Positions 9,401-21,438 of a stretch of 64,000 bases of DNA are shown here, one piece after another. A program made the position numbers and the translations under genes. The notes under the pieces are model-generated. The model ran no database searches, had not been told where the DNA came from, and saw only the letters and a list, made by a program, of their open reading frames with translations. Each line of letters begins with the position of its first letter. Position 1 is the first letter of the stretch. The DNA is from Diplonema japonicum (taxonomy: Eukaryota > Protista > Euglenozoa: Diplonemea): NCBI GenBank assembly GCA_964019335.1, contig OZ025755.1, positions 1 to 64,000 of the forward strand. Reading direction: 5' to 3'.

Positions 9401-12400
9401 CCCGTGCTTCGTGTGGCAGGTCCTCCCAAAGAAGCAGAACAGGTGGCACCAGCACTCCTTCCATCTATCCCGCACGAGCTTGCACCCGTACTCGTTCCTG
9501 CCCCCCGCGTCCACCACCGTTTGCCCCTCCGTGTAGAAGATCCCGATCGCGCTCCCGAAGGCCTTCGCCGCCCCCTCGAAGTCTCCCTGGAAGAGCTTCT
9601 CCGCCGCCATGATGAGGTCCCCCAGGATCGGAACCCTCCTCAGCACCTCCACCACGTTTCGGATCACCTCCGCCACGTTGTTCAGGAACTCCGTCACCTT
9701 CTCCTTGATGTAGTTCAGGGTCGTCTCGAAGACCTGCACGACATCGTTCCACAGCTGCGTCACCTTCTCCGACACGTAGTTCCACGCATCCGTCACCGCC
9801 TTCGCCACCGCCCTCACCGCCACGTTGATCCCGTCCACGATCTTCTGCCCGAGGTCCCCCAAAGACACCGACACCGCGATGTCGAACTCCGAGTCCTCGA
9901 ACCTCGAGGCCACCACCGCCCGCCCGCTCACCGTTGTCTCCACCAGCGCCAAATCCAGCGTCACCGCGAAGTCGATCACGTTCCCCTTCACCTCCACCCT
10001 CGCCTGCAGCCTGATGAACAGGACCTGGATGTCGCAGGAGAAGATGGCGTACGGGATCGGGCGGTTCGCGTCGTACATGAAGAGCACCTGCCGGATCTTC
10101 ACGACCTCCAAAAAGTTCATGTCCTGCAGCTCCATCTTGAAGAAAGTGAGGTCCCAGTTCCAGGTCACGTGAACGTGCGAGGACAGCGCCCCGTCGAAGA
10201 GGTTGATCCCCGCGCGGAAGGAGAAGATGTCCGAGTTCAGGGTCACGTTCAGGTAGCCGTACGACCTCAGCATCGGGATGTCGAAGGCTCCCCTGATGTC
10301 GATCAGGGCGCTCGGGGACGGCGCCACCTGCAAGTCCACCAAGAACTTCGCCCCGCCCACCGCCACCTTGTTCTCCAGGCGGTTCCCGATGCGGAGCCGG
10401 AAGTCCCCGATCATCAGGTCCACGGGGTCCATCCAGGCGTCGATGTAGAAGCGGGTCTTGCTCACCGCGAGATCGATCGCGATCTCCCAGCCGAGGAAGT
10501 TCAGGCGCCCCTGCAGGGCGACCCCCGCCGGGATCACCACGTCGCCGCTCCGGAAGGTCAGCCTCTGCTCCTTCGGGCTGAAGGAGAAGAAGGCGAAGCA
10601 CTCCAGGTCCAGAGTCGTCTCGTTCGCGAAGCCCCCCAGCATCCCCATGCACCTTGTCCTGTAGTCCCTGTCGAAGGGGTAGATCCCGGACTCCGCAAGC
10701 TTCTCGGGAATCACCAACCCGTCCAGCCCGGGCACGTAGTCCGACAAGACCCCGATGATCCCGCCGATGGTGAGCTCCGACACCATCGCGATGAAGAAGT
10801 TCTCCTCGGGAACCGTGCTGCTCACCCCGATGTAGGTGCGCCCCTCGATGTAGGGCTGCGTCCGCGTCTCGCAGTTTTGCACCTTCCCGAGGCACACCGC
10901 CCCGCCCAGCGTGAACCCGGTCGGGAGCGGGGACTTCAAATCCCACTCCACCCCGAGGATGATGTCCCCGATCTGCAGGAAGGGAAGCCCCAGGGCGTTG
11001 TTCCACCACCCGTCTAGCCTCAACGACCCGCGCACCAGCTGCGCCGTCGGGCTCACCACCAGCGACAGGTCCCCGATCAAGAAGAGGAAACGCCGGTCCG
11101 CGTAGTCCCCGTCGCACCGCTCCACGCAGAACTTCAGAGGGATGTTCACCCCGAGCCTCGTCATCGGGAGGCCCCCCGAGAACACGTATTCGAACTCCAC
11201 GTAGATGCTCATCCCGAGCGTCCCCTCCACGTTCACCACCGCGAAGTTGCTCTCCGAAGTGTCCGGGTCCGTCCCGATTCGCAGTTCCAGCAAGGCCGAC
11301 CCGGAGAACTGCAGCTCCGCGCTCGCCGACACCCGGAAGTTCTCCGTCACCTCCGCCACCGCCTCCAGGAAGTCCCCCTCCAGGATGTCCGGAAGCCTCG
11401 GAGACCCAATCGCGTACAGCTTCACCCCTGAGGTCGTCATCGCCAGCGCGAGCTTTGTGTCCTTGATCCCGAAGGACAGGATGGGCGACAGGGCCGTGTC
11501 CAGCACCTGCGCCACCCCTTCGTCGAAGCTGCTCGTCACCAAGTAGGCCACGTTCGCCACCGTCAGCTCGTCCACCCAAACGCTCGCCTCCACCCCGTCA
11601 CATGCGGGGGCCTGCCCGATCCGACCCGTCCCGGACACCGTCGTCGTCGGCGTTGGGGCAGCGCAGTTTCCGAGGCAGAAGGGCATCGTAATCTCACCCC
11701 TCTGCACAATCGGTCTGATGAGCTCCAAGAAGTTTCCGAGGTCTAACGAGGCATCCAGAAGCTCTCTCGTGCTGTGCTTTGTGTTGGTGTTGGTGTTGTT
11801 GTTGGTGTTGTTGGTGGTGGTGTTGGTAGTGCTGTTCATGCTGCTGCTGGTTGTCGTGTACGTGCGTGCCTTCATGTCCGCGCTCGCAGTGGAGTTCATC
11901 GGGCACTGATTAGGGTCGTAAGCCACACTCGCCCCGTCGTTCGTGTCCTCCAGCGTCACCGCCATCCCCAAGCTGAACCCGATCCCAGACCACTTGTTCC
12001 CCCTGGCGTCCGTGATGGATTTTCTCTTCTGGCTCAACCAGGATCCCGGGAGCTCTCTGACCGCGTTCCTGATCCTCCCTGCAAGTCCGTTCACCGCCTC
12101 TTCTACCACCCTGTCCGCCTCGCTTTTCTCCTCCCTGGAGATTCGCCTCCCCCACGACTTCAAGCTCACCCCAAACCCTCCGAACAGCACGTTCTCCCAC
12201 CAGGTGCTCACAGGTATGATCTCGAAGCACCTCCAGTGCGGGTGTGTGAAGACGATTGTGATCCCGTCGATCCCCACCGTCGACGAGATGATGTCAGGCA
12301 TGTCGATCCCGACCTCGAAGGCGAAACCACTGAAGGCCCCTGCGCTTGCGAACCACTCCACCGACAGCGACAGCTCGAACTGCGTGTTGGCGAAGAAGCC

Positions 12401-13609
12401 CCTCCCGCCTGTCGAGCGTTCAGTCCTCTGCCTCCGAAACCTGAGCACCTTCCCATCCCTCTCTTTCTCTTTCTCTTTCTCCTCCTCCACTGACAGAGCT
12501 TTCCCCCTGTGTCCAACGGAGGTTTCCTTCACACACACCCCGCTCACGCACTCCTCATCCAGCCCGCAGTCGTTGTCGCTGGTGCAACCATCAGCCTCAA
12601 CCGCTCGAGGGGTCAATACAGACAGCTCGGTATCGGGCTCAGGTGTGGGAACAGGTGTAGGAACAGGTGTAGGAACTGGAGTGGGAACTGGTGTAGGGAC
12701 TGGTGTAGGGACAGGTGTAGGGACTGGTGTAGGAACTGGTGTAGGAACTGGTGTAGGAACTGGTGTAGGAACTGGTGTAGGAACTGGTGTAGGAACTGGT
12801 GTAGGGACAGGAGTGGGAACTGGTGTAGGAACTGGTGTATCAGGAGTGGAAACCGGAGCATCCGTCTGCCGCTCGTAGTTAATGCCCGCACCCCATCCAA
12901 GACCCAGACCCGTGAAGATGTTTGCCCTTCCACCTGGGACAGCCTCCAACCCGATGCTCAACCCGAGCCCAACAGAGGGGGCTATCACGAAGTTCCCCCG
13001 CCTCAGCCCCTCGTACGCGACACTGAAGCCGATCGTCACCGTGAAGAGCGGGCACCCGAAGTTCCCGTTCGCTTTCGAGGCGCAGAGGTACCCGATCGCA
13101 CAGCAGTTCACCTCCTCCAGGGGCTTCACCACCCTCCTCCGCTTCTGGTGGTTCTGCTGCGCCTCGAGGAGCATCGCCGCCCTGTTCGCCGAGGCGGTCG
13201 TCGAGTTGCACTGCCCGGAGAAGGTGCGGATGTAGGGCTTCAGGCTGTTCGCGAGGTCGGGGATGTCGGCCAGGAAGGGTTCGATCGCCGCGGTGTCCTC
13301 GAAGAACTCCATCAACCCGTCTGCCGCCTCCACCGCCTTGTCCTTCAGGGTGTTCAGCTGATCGAGGACCCCCGTCACTGCCCCTATCGCCTCCTGCACC
13401 CCGAGGGCTTCCAGCACCTCGTCCGCCCTGTCCGAAAGGGTGTCCGCCACGGTCCCCCTGAAGGCGTCCACCGTGTCCGCCAGCGACGTGGCCAGTGACG
13501 TCACCGTCAGCGGCTCAGAGGTCGACGTCGTCGAGGGCGCTGTGTCCTGCGCTCCCGTCAGGAGCACGACCGCTCCCAACGTCAGCAGTGCTGTCTGCAA
13601 AATTCTCAT
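6488..13609 (-). CDS. Giant secreted protein (2373 aa): signal peptide, VPTP repeats, large beta-rich region, amphipathic helical region, two C-terminal GH18-like domains lacking catalytic Glu
   Basis: Intronless long ORF with N-terminal hydrophobic signal; KKVILSFGG and FDGINIDY(P/L)Y each occur twice. Confidence 0.9.
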   Translation of the reverse strand: MRILQTALLTLGAVVLLTGAQDTAPSTTSTSEPLTVTSLATSLADTVDAFRGTVADTLSDRADEVLEALGVQEAIGAVTGVLDQLNTLKDKAVEAADGLMEFFEDTAAIEPFLADIPDLANSLKPYIRTFSGQCNSTTASANRAAMLLEAQQNHQKRRRVVKPLEEVNCCAIGYLCASKANGNFGCPLFTVTIGFSVAYEGLRRGNFVIAPSVGLGLSIGLEAVPGGRANIFTGLGLGWGAGINYERQTDAPVSTPDTPVPTPVPTPVPTPVPTPVPTPVPTPVPTPVPTPVPTPVPTPVPTPVPTPVPTPVPTPVPTPVPTPEPDTELSVLTPRAVEADGCTSDNDCGLDEECVSGVCVKETSVGHRGKALSVEEEKEKEKERDGKVLRFRRQRTERSTGGRGFFANTQFELSLSVEWFASAGAFSGFAFEVGIDMPDIISSTVGIDGITIVFTHPHWRCFEIIPVSTWWENVLFGGFGVSLKSWGRRISREEKSEADRVVEEAVNGLAGRIRNAVRELPGSWLSQKRKSITDARGNKWSGIGFSLGMAVTLEDTNDGASVAYDPNQCPMNSTASADMKARTYTTTSSSMNSTTNTTTNNTNNNTNTNTKHSTRELLDASLDLGNFLELIRPIVQRGEITMPFCLGNCAAPTPTTTVSGTGRIGQAPACDGVEASVWVDELTVANVAYLVTSSFDEGVAQVLDTALSPILSFGIKDTKLALAMTTSGVKLYAIGSPRLPDILEGDFLEAVAEVTENFRVSASAELQFSGSALLELRIGTDPDTSESNFAVVNVEGTLGMSIYVEFEYVFSGGLPMTRLGVNIPLKFCVERCDGDYADRRFLFLIGDLSLVVSPTAQLVRGSLRLDGWWNNALGLPFLQIGDIILGVEWDLKSPLPTGFTLGGAVCLGKVQNCETRTQPYIEGRTYIGVSSTVPEENFFIAMVSELTIGGIIGVLSDYVPGLDGLVIPEKLAESGIYPFDRDYRTRCMGMLGGFANETTLDLECFAFFSFSPKEQRLTFRSGDVVIPAGVALQGRLNFLGWEIAIDLAVSKTRFYIDAWMDPVDLMIGDFRLRIGNRLENKVAVGGAKFLVDLQVAPSPSALIDIRGAFDIPMLRSYGYLNVTLNSDIFSFRAGINLFDGALSSHVHVTWNWDLTFFKMELQDMNFLEVVKIRQVLFMYDANRPIPYAIFSCDIQVLFIRLQARVEVKGNVIDFAVTLDLALVETTVSGRAVVASRFEDSEFDIAVSVSLGDLGQKIVDGINVAVRAVAKAVTDAWNYVSEKVTQLWNDVVQVFETTLNYIKEKVTEFLNNVAEVIRNVVEVLRRVPILGDLIMAAEKLFQGDFEGAAKAFGSAIGIFYTEGQTVVDAGGRNEYGCKLVRDRWKECWCHLFCFFGRTCHTKHGPSYADPQCMEEVALAAGEVKTKSDEMSRKTRVVDESKDENPGLQNVHSGMEVPMPSLETTTVMVPFGTDASAAMGSGFRGGVRTYGGKGTGGGLSSSEEMVTLEDMPYDFSSQASYEASVENTQNRMVSKMADKALENQDRLTNDISTEAGMVVRRPPVLGGATSYTFRCDQEINLESLKPLSRFIDPECTEGAQVKLLNQSILPATDFPNRICGSTFMEVTWQLHDNPVCGGISETVAQIITLEPAPPAFVSSSFPADVRVNTEQSTDPMELGVAEGVSPCRQEFDIFYVDSDPVRDASTWIVSRVWSIVPFFNTSVCSGATASGSNRTQTITIRDETGGGGGANTIHKDDNRLIASIGNWQACPTDAQMEAYTHVLVSFAVTAPGMNQCNEQCDLIPVVAVCDNSPQPELVARWRAAGKKVILSFGGAGMGSSRDGLNDCWEHCFGKGVHLAQQLAAIAVRQGFDGINIDYPYYYQDGQRGSSFSKGAEAQTFLRVTTLELRERLPVGSLVTHSPLDSDLVHGTGYFEVMREVAATVNFIMPQYYNGVTHPNTDGINGGVFDSALAHLTTLVVEVFENDPTKVVFGFCISGCGEFNSNPQQAVRVMNELKEAYPCNGGAFFWNVENDANGAWSRPLSEQVISPSKGCSSGVEGIPHTPPAVDSRLIASVGNWLACPTDAQMEAYTHVLVSFAVTYTWAPGMNQCNEQCDLIPVVAVCDNSPQPGLVARWRAAGKKVILSFGGGEMGGSWDGLNDCWEHCFGKEVHLAQQLAAIADRQGFDGINIDYLYYYQDGQRGSSFSKGAEARNFLRVTTLELRERLPVGSLVTHSPLDSDLLPGTGYFEVMREVAATVNFIMPQYYNGVTHPNTDGINGGVFDSALAHLTTLVVEVFENDPTKVVFGFCISGCGEFNSNPQQAVRVMNELKEAYPCNGGAFFWNTAHDMVGAWSRPVAAAISPSRGCKASAQGN
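6510..8342. repeat. ~945-bp tandem duplication encoding the two GH18-like domains
   Basis: ~6510-7405 and ~7452-8342 are nearly identical at the DNA level. Confidence 0.92.
12643..12838. repeat. 12-bp coding repeat (Val-Pro-Thr-Pro)n
   Basis: GGAACTGGTGTA-type units, ~16 copies. Confidence 0.92.
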
Positions 13610-14043
13610 TTTCTTTTGGCCTCACACGACGGAAGGGGGTTTCTTTTCTTCTTCTTCTTCTTATTCTTCTTGTGGTTACGACCGGGATTTTTTTCTTTTG
13701 GGTTATAAACCTGTGTGTTGCTATAGTTTGTAGAAATAGAATAATACGACTTTGAATAATTGTGAACACGTTCACCGCATTTTACATTAAAGAATAGTGC
13801 ATCACAGAGCCTGCTGTTGTAGACAACATCCACAGATCATTTTAGCTAGAAATGCAAAACACAGGACACTGCAACTAAAAAGAAAAGGGGAAGAGAGGAA
13901 TCCCTCTGTCTCTCTCTTTTTCTATCTCTTTTTTTAAAATGCAAGAAAGGGAGGGTTAGTGTGTTCATAGACTGCTGCATCCACGAAACAAAAACAAAAA
14001 AAAAAAAGGAGAGGAAGGAAGGAATGGCAATGAGGTGTCGCTC

Positions 14044-14364
14044 TCAAAGGCTTTTTGCGATGACAGACGTGAACTTTCCGTCCTCGATGGTGAAAGTCTC
14101 TTCTGCTTTGATGGTGATAAGGCCGAGGGCTACCTTTGCCTTCACCCTGCGTGTGTACACCTTCCCGTCGGAGGATGCTTCCGGGGTCGTCTGTCCGTAG
14201 AACGAAGGGGGCTCGTTGCTCAACATCTTCTTCTTGCAGGCGGCCTTCCCCTTCGCCTCCCACTTCGGGTTCTTGAAATGCACGTCCTCGGAGCACATGT
14301 CAAGGATAGCGTTCACATCGTTTGTGGCCAAGAGCTTCGTGAAGGTCGCAATCATGTCCGACAT
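14044..14364 (-). CDS. Small SnoaL/NTF2-like protein (106 aa)
   Basis: DVNAILDMCSEDVHFKNP...KGKAA...FTIEDGKF pattern; A-tract before ATG. Confidence 0.75.
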   Translation of the reverse strand: MSDMIATFTKLLATNDVNAILDMCSEDVHFKNPKWEAKGKAACKKKMLSNEPPSFYGQTTPEASSDGKVYTRRVKAKVALGLITIKAEETFTIEDGKFTSVIAKSL

Positions 14365-14867
14365 TTTTCTTTTTTTTTTTTCTTTTAGAAAAGGGAAAAT
14401 AAGGTTTTCCTGTAGGGTTTTGCTTTAAACTTAGAGGGAACAAAAAAGAGAAGTAAACTACTCGATTTGCGACACAAGCTCAGCATAAGAACCACTGGCA
14501 AAGAGTGAAGGAACAAAAAAAAAAAGAGTAAACTAGAGAGGAAGAAGGAAGAAGAAAAACAGCACACAAATCGTCGGAACACAAAGTCACCCTGTGACTA
14601 AGATATCGGGCTCTGGTGTAAGCTTTATAGGTTTAAAAAAAAAAAAAGAAAAGAGGGGAGGAACCTTGAAACAAACAAAACGTTCCTGAAATCTGAGAGC
14701 TGCAAACAAAGCAGTTAAGCAAGAGCAACCGACAAGTGTCATTGCTAGCTGGGCCTCTTCAGATCCAAGAGATAAAGATTTTTTAAAACAAAAAAAGCGC
14801 TTACGAGAAGAGGTAGTTAGAGACACCCTTCCTACAAAAAAAAAAGTATATCGTAAGGTGCATTCGA

Positions 14868-16316
14868 TCAGCTACTGATCTTAACGCATTCGGGGGCATA
14901 GTTGCACACCCGAAGGCACCTTGCCCACCATTGGTTCTGCCTATAACAAGAGAGCCCTGCTTCGCAGCAATCAGGGTTGCTCAGGCACCCACCCCATGCT
15001 GAGACCCTGCGGGCGCATGAGTCAGAAGGAAGCTGACCACCAGTTGTGAGGGGTGCAGCAGGAACAGGTGTGGGAACAGGGGTAGGGACAGGAGTGGGAA
15101 CAGGAGTACTGACAGTGACAGGGTTCGAAGCTGTCTGGCTGCTGCACCCTCTAGTGGCGCGGACCACGCTCCCAACTGCTTCTGCCCATTCACCACGAGG
15201 GTCGCTGGCGGCAACCCAAAAGAAGGCCCCACCGTTGCACGGGTACTCCGTCACCAAGTCGCGCATCACACTAACGGCCTGCCCCCTGCTGGAGCTGTAC
15301 ACATTGCCGTCTGAAGGGACGCTGAACCCGAACACCACCTTTGTGGGGTCCCCCTTGAAGCAGTCCGTGACAAGGGTCGTGAAGTGGTCCAGGGCAGAGA
15401 CGAAGCTGGGACCCCCACGGAGCCCTTCGGTGCTGGGCTGCGTGACACCGTTATAATACTGCGGCATAACGAAGTCCAAAGAGCTTGCCACCTCCTTGAT
15501 GACGTTGTAGTAGCCGGTGCCCCTCACGAGGTCGATGTCCATGGGGGCGTGCGTCACCTCGCTGCCCGTCGGGAGGCTCTGACGAAGTCCAATGGTCACA
15601 TCTTTCAAGAAGGCCTGCGCTTGTGTCCCCTTCGCGAAAGAGGACCCCCTCTGCCCGTCCTCGTAGTAGTACTCGTAGTCGATGTCCACCCCGTCGAAGT
15701 TCTGGTCGCGTGCGATGTCCACCAGCTGCTGCACCACAAAGGCTTCCTTCCCGTAGCAGTATTCCCAGCAGTCGTTGAGGCCGTCCCAAGAACCGCCCAT
15801 CTGACCTCCACCGAAGGACAGGATGACTTTCTTCCCGGCAGCTTGCCACTTTGATACGAGTTCTGGCTGTGGGGCGTTGTTGCACACAGGCGTGGGGGCT
15901 GTGATCTGGCACTGCTGGTTGCATGTGTTTTTCCCCCCGTCCACCCACGTGTAGGTGATTGCAAAGGAAACGAGGATGTGTGTGTATGCGTTGACCTGCT
16001 CGTCTGTGGGGCATGTCTGCCAGTTCCCCACGTAAGCAATTAGCCTGCTGTCGTGACCAGCCTTCGCACTCGGGCCAGGGGGGACAGGGGCGGGTGCGGG
16101 AGGCACTGGGTTCGAAGGCGAAGTGCCCCCCATCGATGGGCACCAAGTCGCCTGGTTGCCCTCACACACACTTGCGCTGCCTCCCCCTTTGTAGCATGGC
16201 TCCGACCACCCCATCTTGAAACATGGGTCGCCTCTATCAATGCATCTTTGGCACTCCGCAATGGTCTGACCTGCAGCAGCCCCAGCCAGCAACAGCACTC
16301 CAAGTGCTTTCATCAT
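14868..16316 (-). CDS. Secreted GH18 chitinase with Pro/Thr linker and C-terminal CBM1-like module
   Basis: Signal MMKALGVLLLAG; intact FDGVDIDYE (DxDxE); C-terminal WGGC...CC...CYRQNQWWARCL. Confidence 0.9.
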   Translation of the reverse strand: MMKALGVLLLAGAAAGQTIAECQRCIDRGDPCFKMGWSEPCYKGGGSASVCEGNQATWCPSMGGTSPSNPVPPAPAPVPPGPSAKAGHDSRLIAYVGNWQTCPTDEQVNAYTHILVSFAITYTWVDGGKNTCNQQCQITAPTPVCNNAPQPELVSKWQAAGKKVILSFGGGQMGGSWDGLNDCWEYCYGKEAFVVQQLVDIARDQNFDGVDIDYEYYYEDGQRGSSFAKGTQAQAFLKDVTIGLRQSLPTGSEVTHAPMDIDLVRGTGYYNVIKEVASSLDFVMPQYYNGVTQPSTEGLRGGPSFVSALDHFTTLVTDCFKGDPTKVVFGFSVPSDGNVYSSSRGQAVSVMRDLVTEYPCNGGAFFWVAASDPRGEWAEAVGSVVRATRGCSSQTASNPVTVSTPVPTPVPTPVPTPVPAAPLTTGGQLPSDSCARRVSAWGGCLSNPDCCEAGLSCYRQNQWWARCLRVCNYAPECVKISS

Positions 16317-16598
16317 ATTTCTTCTTTTTTTTTTTAAATCTGCGTGAATCGGATTTCCGGTGTACTGGGGAACAACAGAATAGAAAAGCTCGAAGAAAAA
16401 AAAGGAGGGGGAGGAAAAGAAATAAAGAAAATAACGTGTTTTTTGGGAGAAGACAGAATTTTGACGATGGGGGGGGGGGGGGGGGGAAGTAGTTGTAAGC
16501 AACAATCCCATCTGGGGGGGGGGGGGGGGAAGATAAAGGGAAGGGAGTAGAACCACGGCACCACAAGCGGGGGATTAAAAGAAAAAGAGACAGGCATA

Positions 16599-16964
16599 GT
16601 ATCCAGGGTTAACCGATCACCCGCGGGTTTTTAATTACAATCGGGTTTTAAATTGACGTCAAATGAAAGGCGAGCATGCAACCATGCTTAAAACCCTTAT
16701 ATTCGTATCCCGGACCCCCCAGATACACAAAGCCGACCCCAGGGAGCATCAAAACGACTTAGAGAAGGAGTATTTTCCCGAAAAGCTGGGTTTTCCCTTT
16801 TTTAATCTTTTATTTTAAAAAAAACCGATCCGAAATTACAAAAAACCGATCAAACCGATCCGAAATTAGAAAAAAAACCCATCATTAACCCGACAGTGAT
16901 TGAAAATCTAAAATTGCTCGGGTCGGGTTTTAAAACCCGAAGGTGATCGGTTAACCCTGGATAC
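16599..16964. mobile_element. MITE, 366 bp, 23-bp perfect TIR, TA-flanked
   Basis: TA|GTATCCAGGGTTAACCGATCACC ... GGTGATCGGTTAACCCTGGATAC|TA. Confidence 0.9.
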
Positions 16965-17315
16965 TACGACAGGTAAAAAGAAGGGCCACAAACAAAAAAA
17001 AAGAAGAAGAATATCCACCGATGGGGAGAGAAGCTGTTAGCAAACGACTCCACCCAAAAGAAGAACAGAAACAAAAGACACATCACAACTAATGTCTTTT
17101 TTTTCTTTTTTTTTTTTCTTTCTTCTTCTTCCTCTTCATTTGCCGACTCCTCCTAAAAACTTTTTTCCACTCCTTTTTTTTAAAGAAAAGGAACAACCCC
17201 AAACAGCTTTAATTGCGTGGTAACGGTGGCACTGCGCATACGATAGGGGGGGGGGGGGGGGGGGGAGAGAGAGAGAGAGAGAGAGAAAAAAGAGAGAAAA
17301 TACAAAATCTGTTCA

Positions 17316-18194
17316 TCAAATGATGTACATAAAGTCACCACGGGGCAGCCCCCTACCAGGCATCATGAACCTGTCGCGTGTCCAGGCGCTCGCGTTAATC
17401 TTCGAGACGGCAGTCTGCCCGTTCTTCAACCATGGTGCAGGGCGGTTTGAGTTCATATCGTTTTCCATCTTGTCAACCACCGCGTCTATCTGCCGCTTCT
17501 CCTCCTCTTCAAGAGACTGGTACGCATGCGGTGTCTCAAGCAAATGTTTATCCACAGCCAGCGTGTGGTTGTGGTGAAAGGGAGAACAAGTTCCGTTCAG
17601 CGAGATCCCTGTCAAAAACTCCTCCTCGTACCCCAAACCCCTGTGCGTCACCAGGTTAAGGGGAGGCAACATGGGAGGGAGACGACCAGAGAGCGGGACA
17701 GTGGACAAACAGATGATATCAGCCTCCGCAGAAATCTCCGTAAAAAGCTGGTGACACCCTGTAATATCATCAATGTTGTAATTCACAAAGATGGACTGCG
17801 AGACGCATGAAGCGACGGAAAGTGCGAAACGTGTGGTTTCTGAGATATCAGTGCAGCTTGAGATGTGAGCTGTGAGTAGTAGCTTGTGAGTGCCTGTTGG
17901 GGTAACCCCTGCAAAGGAAGCGTGGAGGACTACATTGTCGTCCAGTTCTATGACCTCCGCCTCGTACTCGTCTGGCATCATGGCAGTCAGGACGGCGTGC
18001 GTTAGGCTACCTGTTGAGTTCACCTCGAAGATGCTGGCCACGTGCAGTTCATGGTGCGAGTTTTGGAGCCCTTCATCAACAAGCGGGTGGATGTTCACGC
18101 TCCCGTTGTACTCATGCTTCACCAGCAGCGGCTGCGCCACCTCGCCCGCCGCAACCCCTGCGAACAGAATCATCACAACAGCTGTTGTTGTCAT
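17316..18194 (-). CDS. Secreted hypothetical protein (~292 aa)
   Basis: Start MTTTAVVMILFAGVAAG after an A-tract; coding-like composition. Confidence 0.75.
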   Translation of the reverse strand: MTTTAVVMILFAGVAAGEVAQPLLVKHEYNGSVNIHPLVDEGLQNSHHELHVASIFEVNSTGSLTHAVLTAMMPDEYEAEVIELDDNVVLHASFAGVTPTGTHKLLLTAHISSCTDISETTRFALSVASCVSQSIFVNYNIDDITGCHQLFTEISAEADIICLSTVPLSGRLPPMLPPLNLVTHRGLGYEEEFLTGISLNGTCSPFHHNHTLAVDKHLLETPHAYQSLEEEEKRQIDAVVDKMENDMNSNRPAPWLKNGQTAVSKINASAWTRDRFMMPGRGLPRGDFMYII

Positions 18195-18513
18195 TTTTGA
18201 GCAAAAAAAAAAAAGCTGGTCGGTATTGTAACACAAGGGAGAGAGAGAGAGAGATATCAAAAAAAAATAATACACAAAGAGGGGGGGTAAAAAATAAAAT
18301 AAAACAAAAAACAAGCTATTATTTTTCAACAAAAAAAAAGAAAGAAAGAGAGAGAGGGGTGTATTGTGTTGTGTGTGTGTACCACGAAGTTTTTTTTTTT
18401 TTTTTTTTTTTTTTAAAGGGGAGAAAAAAAAAAATTAGAGAGAGATAAAAAACTAAAAATATAAACTAATCTTTTAAGGTATGCGTTTTTGCGCTCACCG
18501 GCCGAGCTGAGCT

Positions 18514-18545
<32 letters not shown>

Positions 18546-18611
18546 CAGGCTAGACTCTCTGTTACGGGACTTTCTTTTTTTTCTTTTTCTTCACTTACGG
18601 TTTTTTCCTTC

Positions 18612-19739
18612 TTACTTAACAGTCTTCCGCCTGCTTTGCCCGGATTTGCTCCGTCTAGGTGGGGAGGGCGAGTGTTGCAATTGAGGGGCGGCGGGTGCTT
18701 GTTCCTCCTGGTGGTCAATGAAACCCGGAGGAGGCGGCTTCACGTTGCTCCGCGGGGGGGGCTTATAATTCTTAAACGCCTCCTTAGAGTTTTGTATGTC
18801 CTTAATATGCGCCGCCCCTGTAGGATTGTAAGTGGTCCCTGCAGGGTCTCTGTACACAGTACGTGGCTGCTGTGGAACGCTCTGATCAGCAGGCTTGGAT
18901 GCTGCATCTTCCTCCTCATCGCTTTCATAGAGATGCCGGGGTCGGTTTGAAGGTTTTTTAACCCTGTAGGTTGAAACAGGTGTTTCCCTTGGTTTGCGTG
19001 CAGCCTCCTCAGCGGACACTCCGAGTTGTTCTAACTTTCTGTTGAATTCGATTTCTTGCCAGGTTTCCTTCTTTTTCGTGGTTTTGCTTTTTGTAACTTG
19101 TTGGGACTGTTTCACCTTCATCAGCTCCGCGGGGCCGGACGCCTTCAAAAGCTGTATGATCCCAAGATGTTTCTTCTCGCTCGCTATGTACAAACAATCC
19201 TTCCCTTCACTCGACAAATTTTTGTTCGCTTTGTTCATTAAAAGCGTGTATGCAAGGTTGAACCGATTTTGTTTACACGCGATGAAAAGCGGTGTCTCAC
19301 CGAGGTCGTTTCGACAGTTTAGATTCGCCTTGTGCGAGATAAGCAAATTGAGCATTGTGCTTAAATTGTTCCTGCAAGCTACGTGCATAGGGTAGTCACC
19401 GTAAACCCCGCCTTTGAGGTCTGTCTTTGCACCGTGTTCAAGGAGTAGTTTTGAGACCTCTATGTGATTGTTGAACACTGCTATGAAGAATGGGGTTTCG
19501 TTGTCCGCGTTCTTCAGCTCCACCGTGGCGCCGTTCTTCAGGAGGTATTTTATGAGCTCTGCGTTGTCGTTCTTCAGGGCTGCGTTGTACAGAGGCGGGC
19601 TTCCGTACTGGTCCAGCATGTCGAAGTTTGTGACCTTGCACTCTTCCACCACTTGCTTTACGTATGATGTGTGGCCCATTTGACATGCGTAGTTAAGCCT
19701 CCCTGTTACGTCGTCAGAGTCTGTTGGTGCGCACAGGGA

Positions 19740-19742
<3 letters not shown>
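18612..19742 (-). CDS. Ankyrin-repeat protein
   Basis: Multiple ankyrin motifs (GSPPLYNAA, NETPFFIAV, GDYPMHVAC, GETPLFIAC); start MSLCAPT. Confidence 0.9.
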
Positions 19743-19778
<36 letters not shown>

Positions 19779-21319
19779 CCCCTTCGATGGATTTTTTTTT
19801 ATCTGACATGAAGAGGGAAAAAAAATTTTTTTTTTTTTTTCATTATCCCACAACAGCCAAGGGGGAGAAGAAAACTTTTTTTTCTTGTTTTTAAGACAGG
19901 GGATGAAGAAACTGAAAAAAAAAAAACATTATCGTGTTTTTTTTTCCCCTCTTTTTTTTTTTCTTTCTTCATCAAAAAAAAGGTATGGAAAGGTAGGGAC
20001 ACATGAAGAAAAAAAATTGAAAAGAGGGAAGAAAAAAAAAGGGGGGGGAGGGGAGATGCAGGCAAAACATGGGTGGCAGATCCGTGTTCATAAAATTGAC
20101 CAAAAAAAAAAAAATCGTTATGACAAGAAGTGTCAAGCAAACGGCCCGTGTTGGTAGGAAAACGGGAAAACGACTCTTTCAAAACAAAAAAAAAAAAAAA
20201 AAAAGCTTGTAAATCTTGTTCATAACAATAGGGGGGGTGCAAAATAGGAAATAAGGGGTGACAGAAGTATCTCTCTGGTCCCCCCCATTCTCTCTCCCCA
20301 ATTTTTTGATTTTTTTTTCTTTGCCTCCTCTTTGCCCTCTCTCCCTCCCCCTCTTTTTTTTTTGGGTGGGGGCTCTTCATTTTTTTGTTCTTTTTTTTTT
20401 TCTTCACTCTTCAGAGTCTCCTAGTCTTTCTTGATTGTTTGATGGCGGAGTAGGGAACGAAAGCCGACGTGTTGCTTTTTACAAGCCAGTGAACCTGCCG
20501 AGAAGTGGCCACTACTCTTTTTTTTTTAGCAAAGACAAATAGTTGTTATGGCAGAAGGGGGGGGAAGGGGGACCGTAATTTGGTCGATACTCTGTGTCAT
20601 TGGCTCATTTTTTCCAAAGTACTTTAAAAACAAAATTTAAAAAAAAGAACCCCCCCCCAAGATATTGTTCAGATATTTAGACTTATGGAGAGGATCTGAT
20701 TTGACTTTTTTTTTGGTTTTTTTTTCGTTTTCGCAAAAATAGTCCATGGCACATTGCGAGAACCGACCAGGTTTGCGATTGTGGGGGGGGGGGGGGGGGG
20801 GGGGGTTTGCAAAATTAAAAAAAAAAAAACATAATAATAAAGGTGTCTTTGAAGGGAACCTGCAGTATGTGACAGGATCGCTTAACGACAGTCAACTCAC
20901 AATTAAATGTTCTTGTGCTTGACACCTTCTGTCATGGTAGTGCCTTCGGCCTAAAGCCTGTCATAGTATCTATTCAGCAGCTTGGGCGTGAAACCAACTA
21001 GCGAGTTGTTGAGGATGCATGTGTGCGATCCGGCCTTCTCCCCCCCCCCCCCCCTCCTCGGTTCCCTTTCACTACTGGTTTCCTTATCATTTCTTTCGAT
21101 TTACAAAAAAAAATACAAAAGGAAAAAGGGGATGGGCACCTCTTTTTTTTTTTTTTTTCTTTTTCCCCCATCCAACAAGGAGCTATATATATATATAGGC
21201 AGGGTGTGTGTGTGTGTGTGTGGGGTGGATAAAATAGTAAGAAGGGGGAAAAAAAAATAGTAAAAAGAGAAAAAAACAGCAAAGAATTTCTTTTTTTTTT
21301 TTTTTTTAATTTCCCCCGC

Positions 21320-21395
21320 TCACCGCACTGTATTGGCACTGTTGCTCTTTTCCAGTATGCTTGCTCTGAATGTTATGTTCGCAATGATATCGGGG

Positions 21396-21438
<43 letters not shown>

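Noticed and set aside
20839-20881. rRNA sarcin-ricin-loop fragment or snoRNA call for the 43-nt repeat
   Set aside because: Only partial resemblance (AGTACG...AGGA) and no convincing box motifs.
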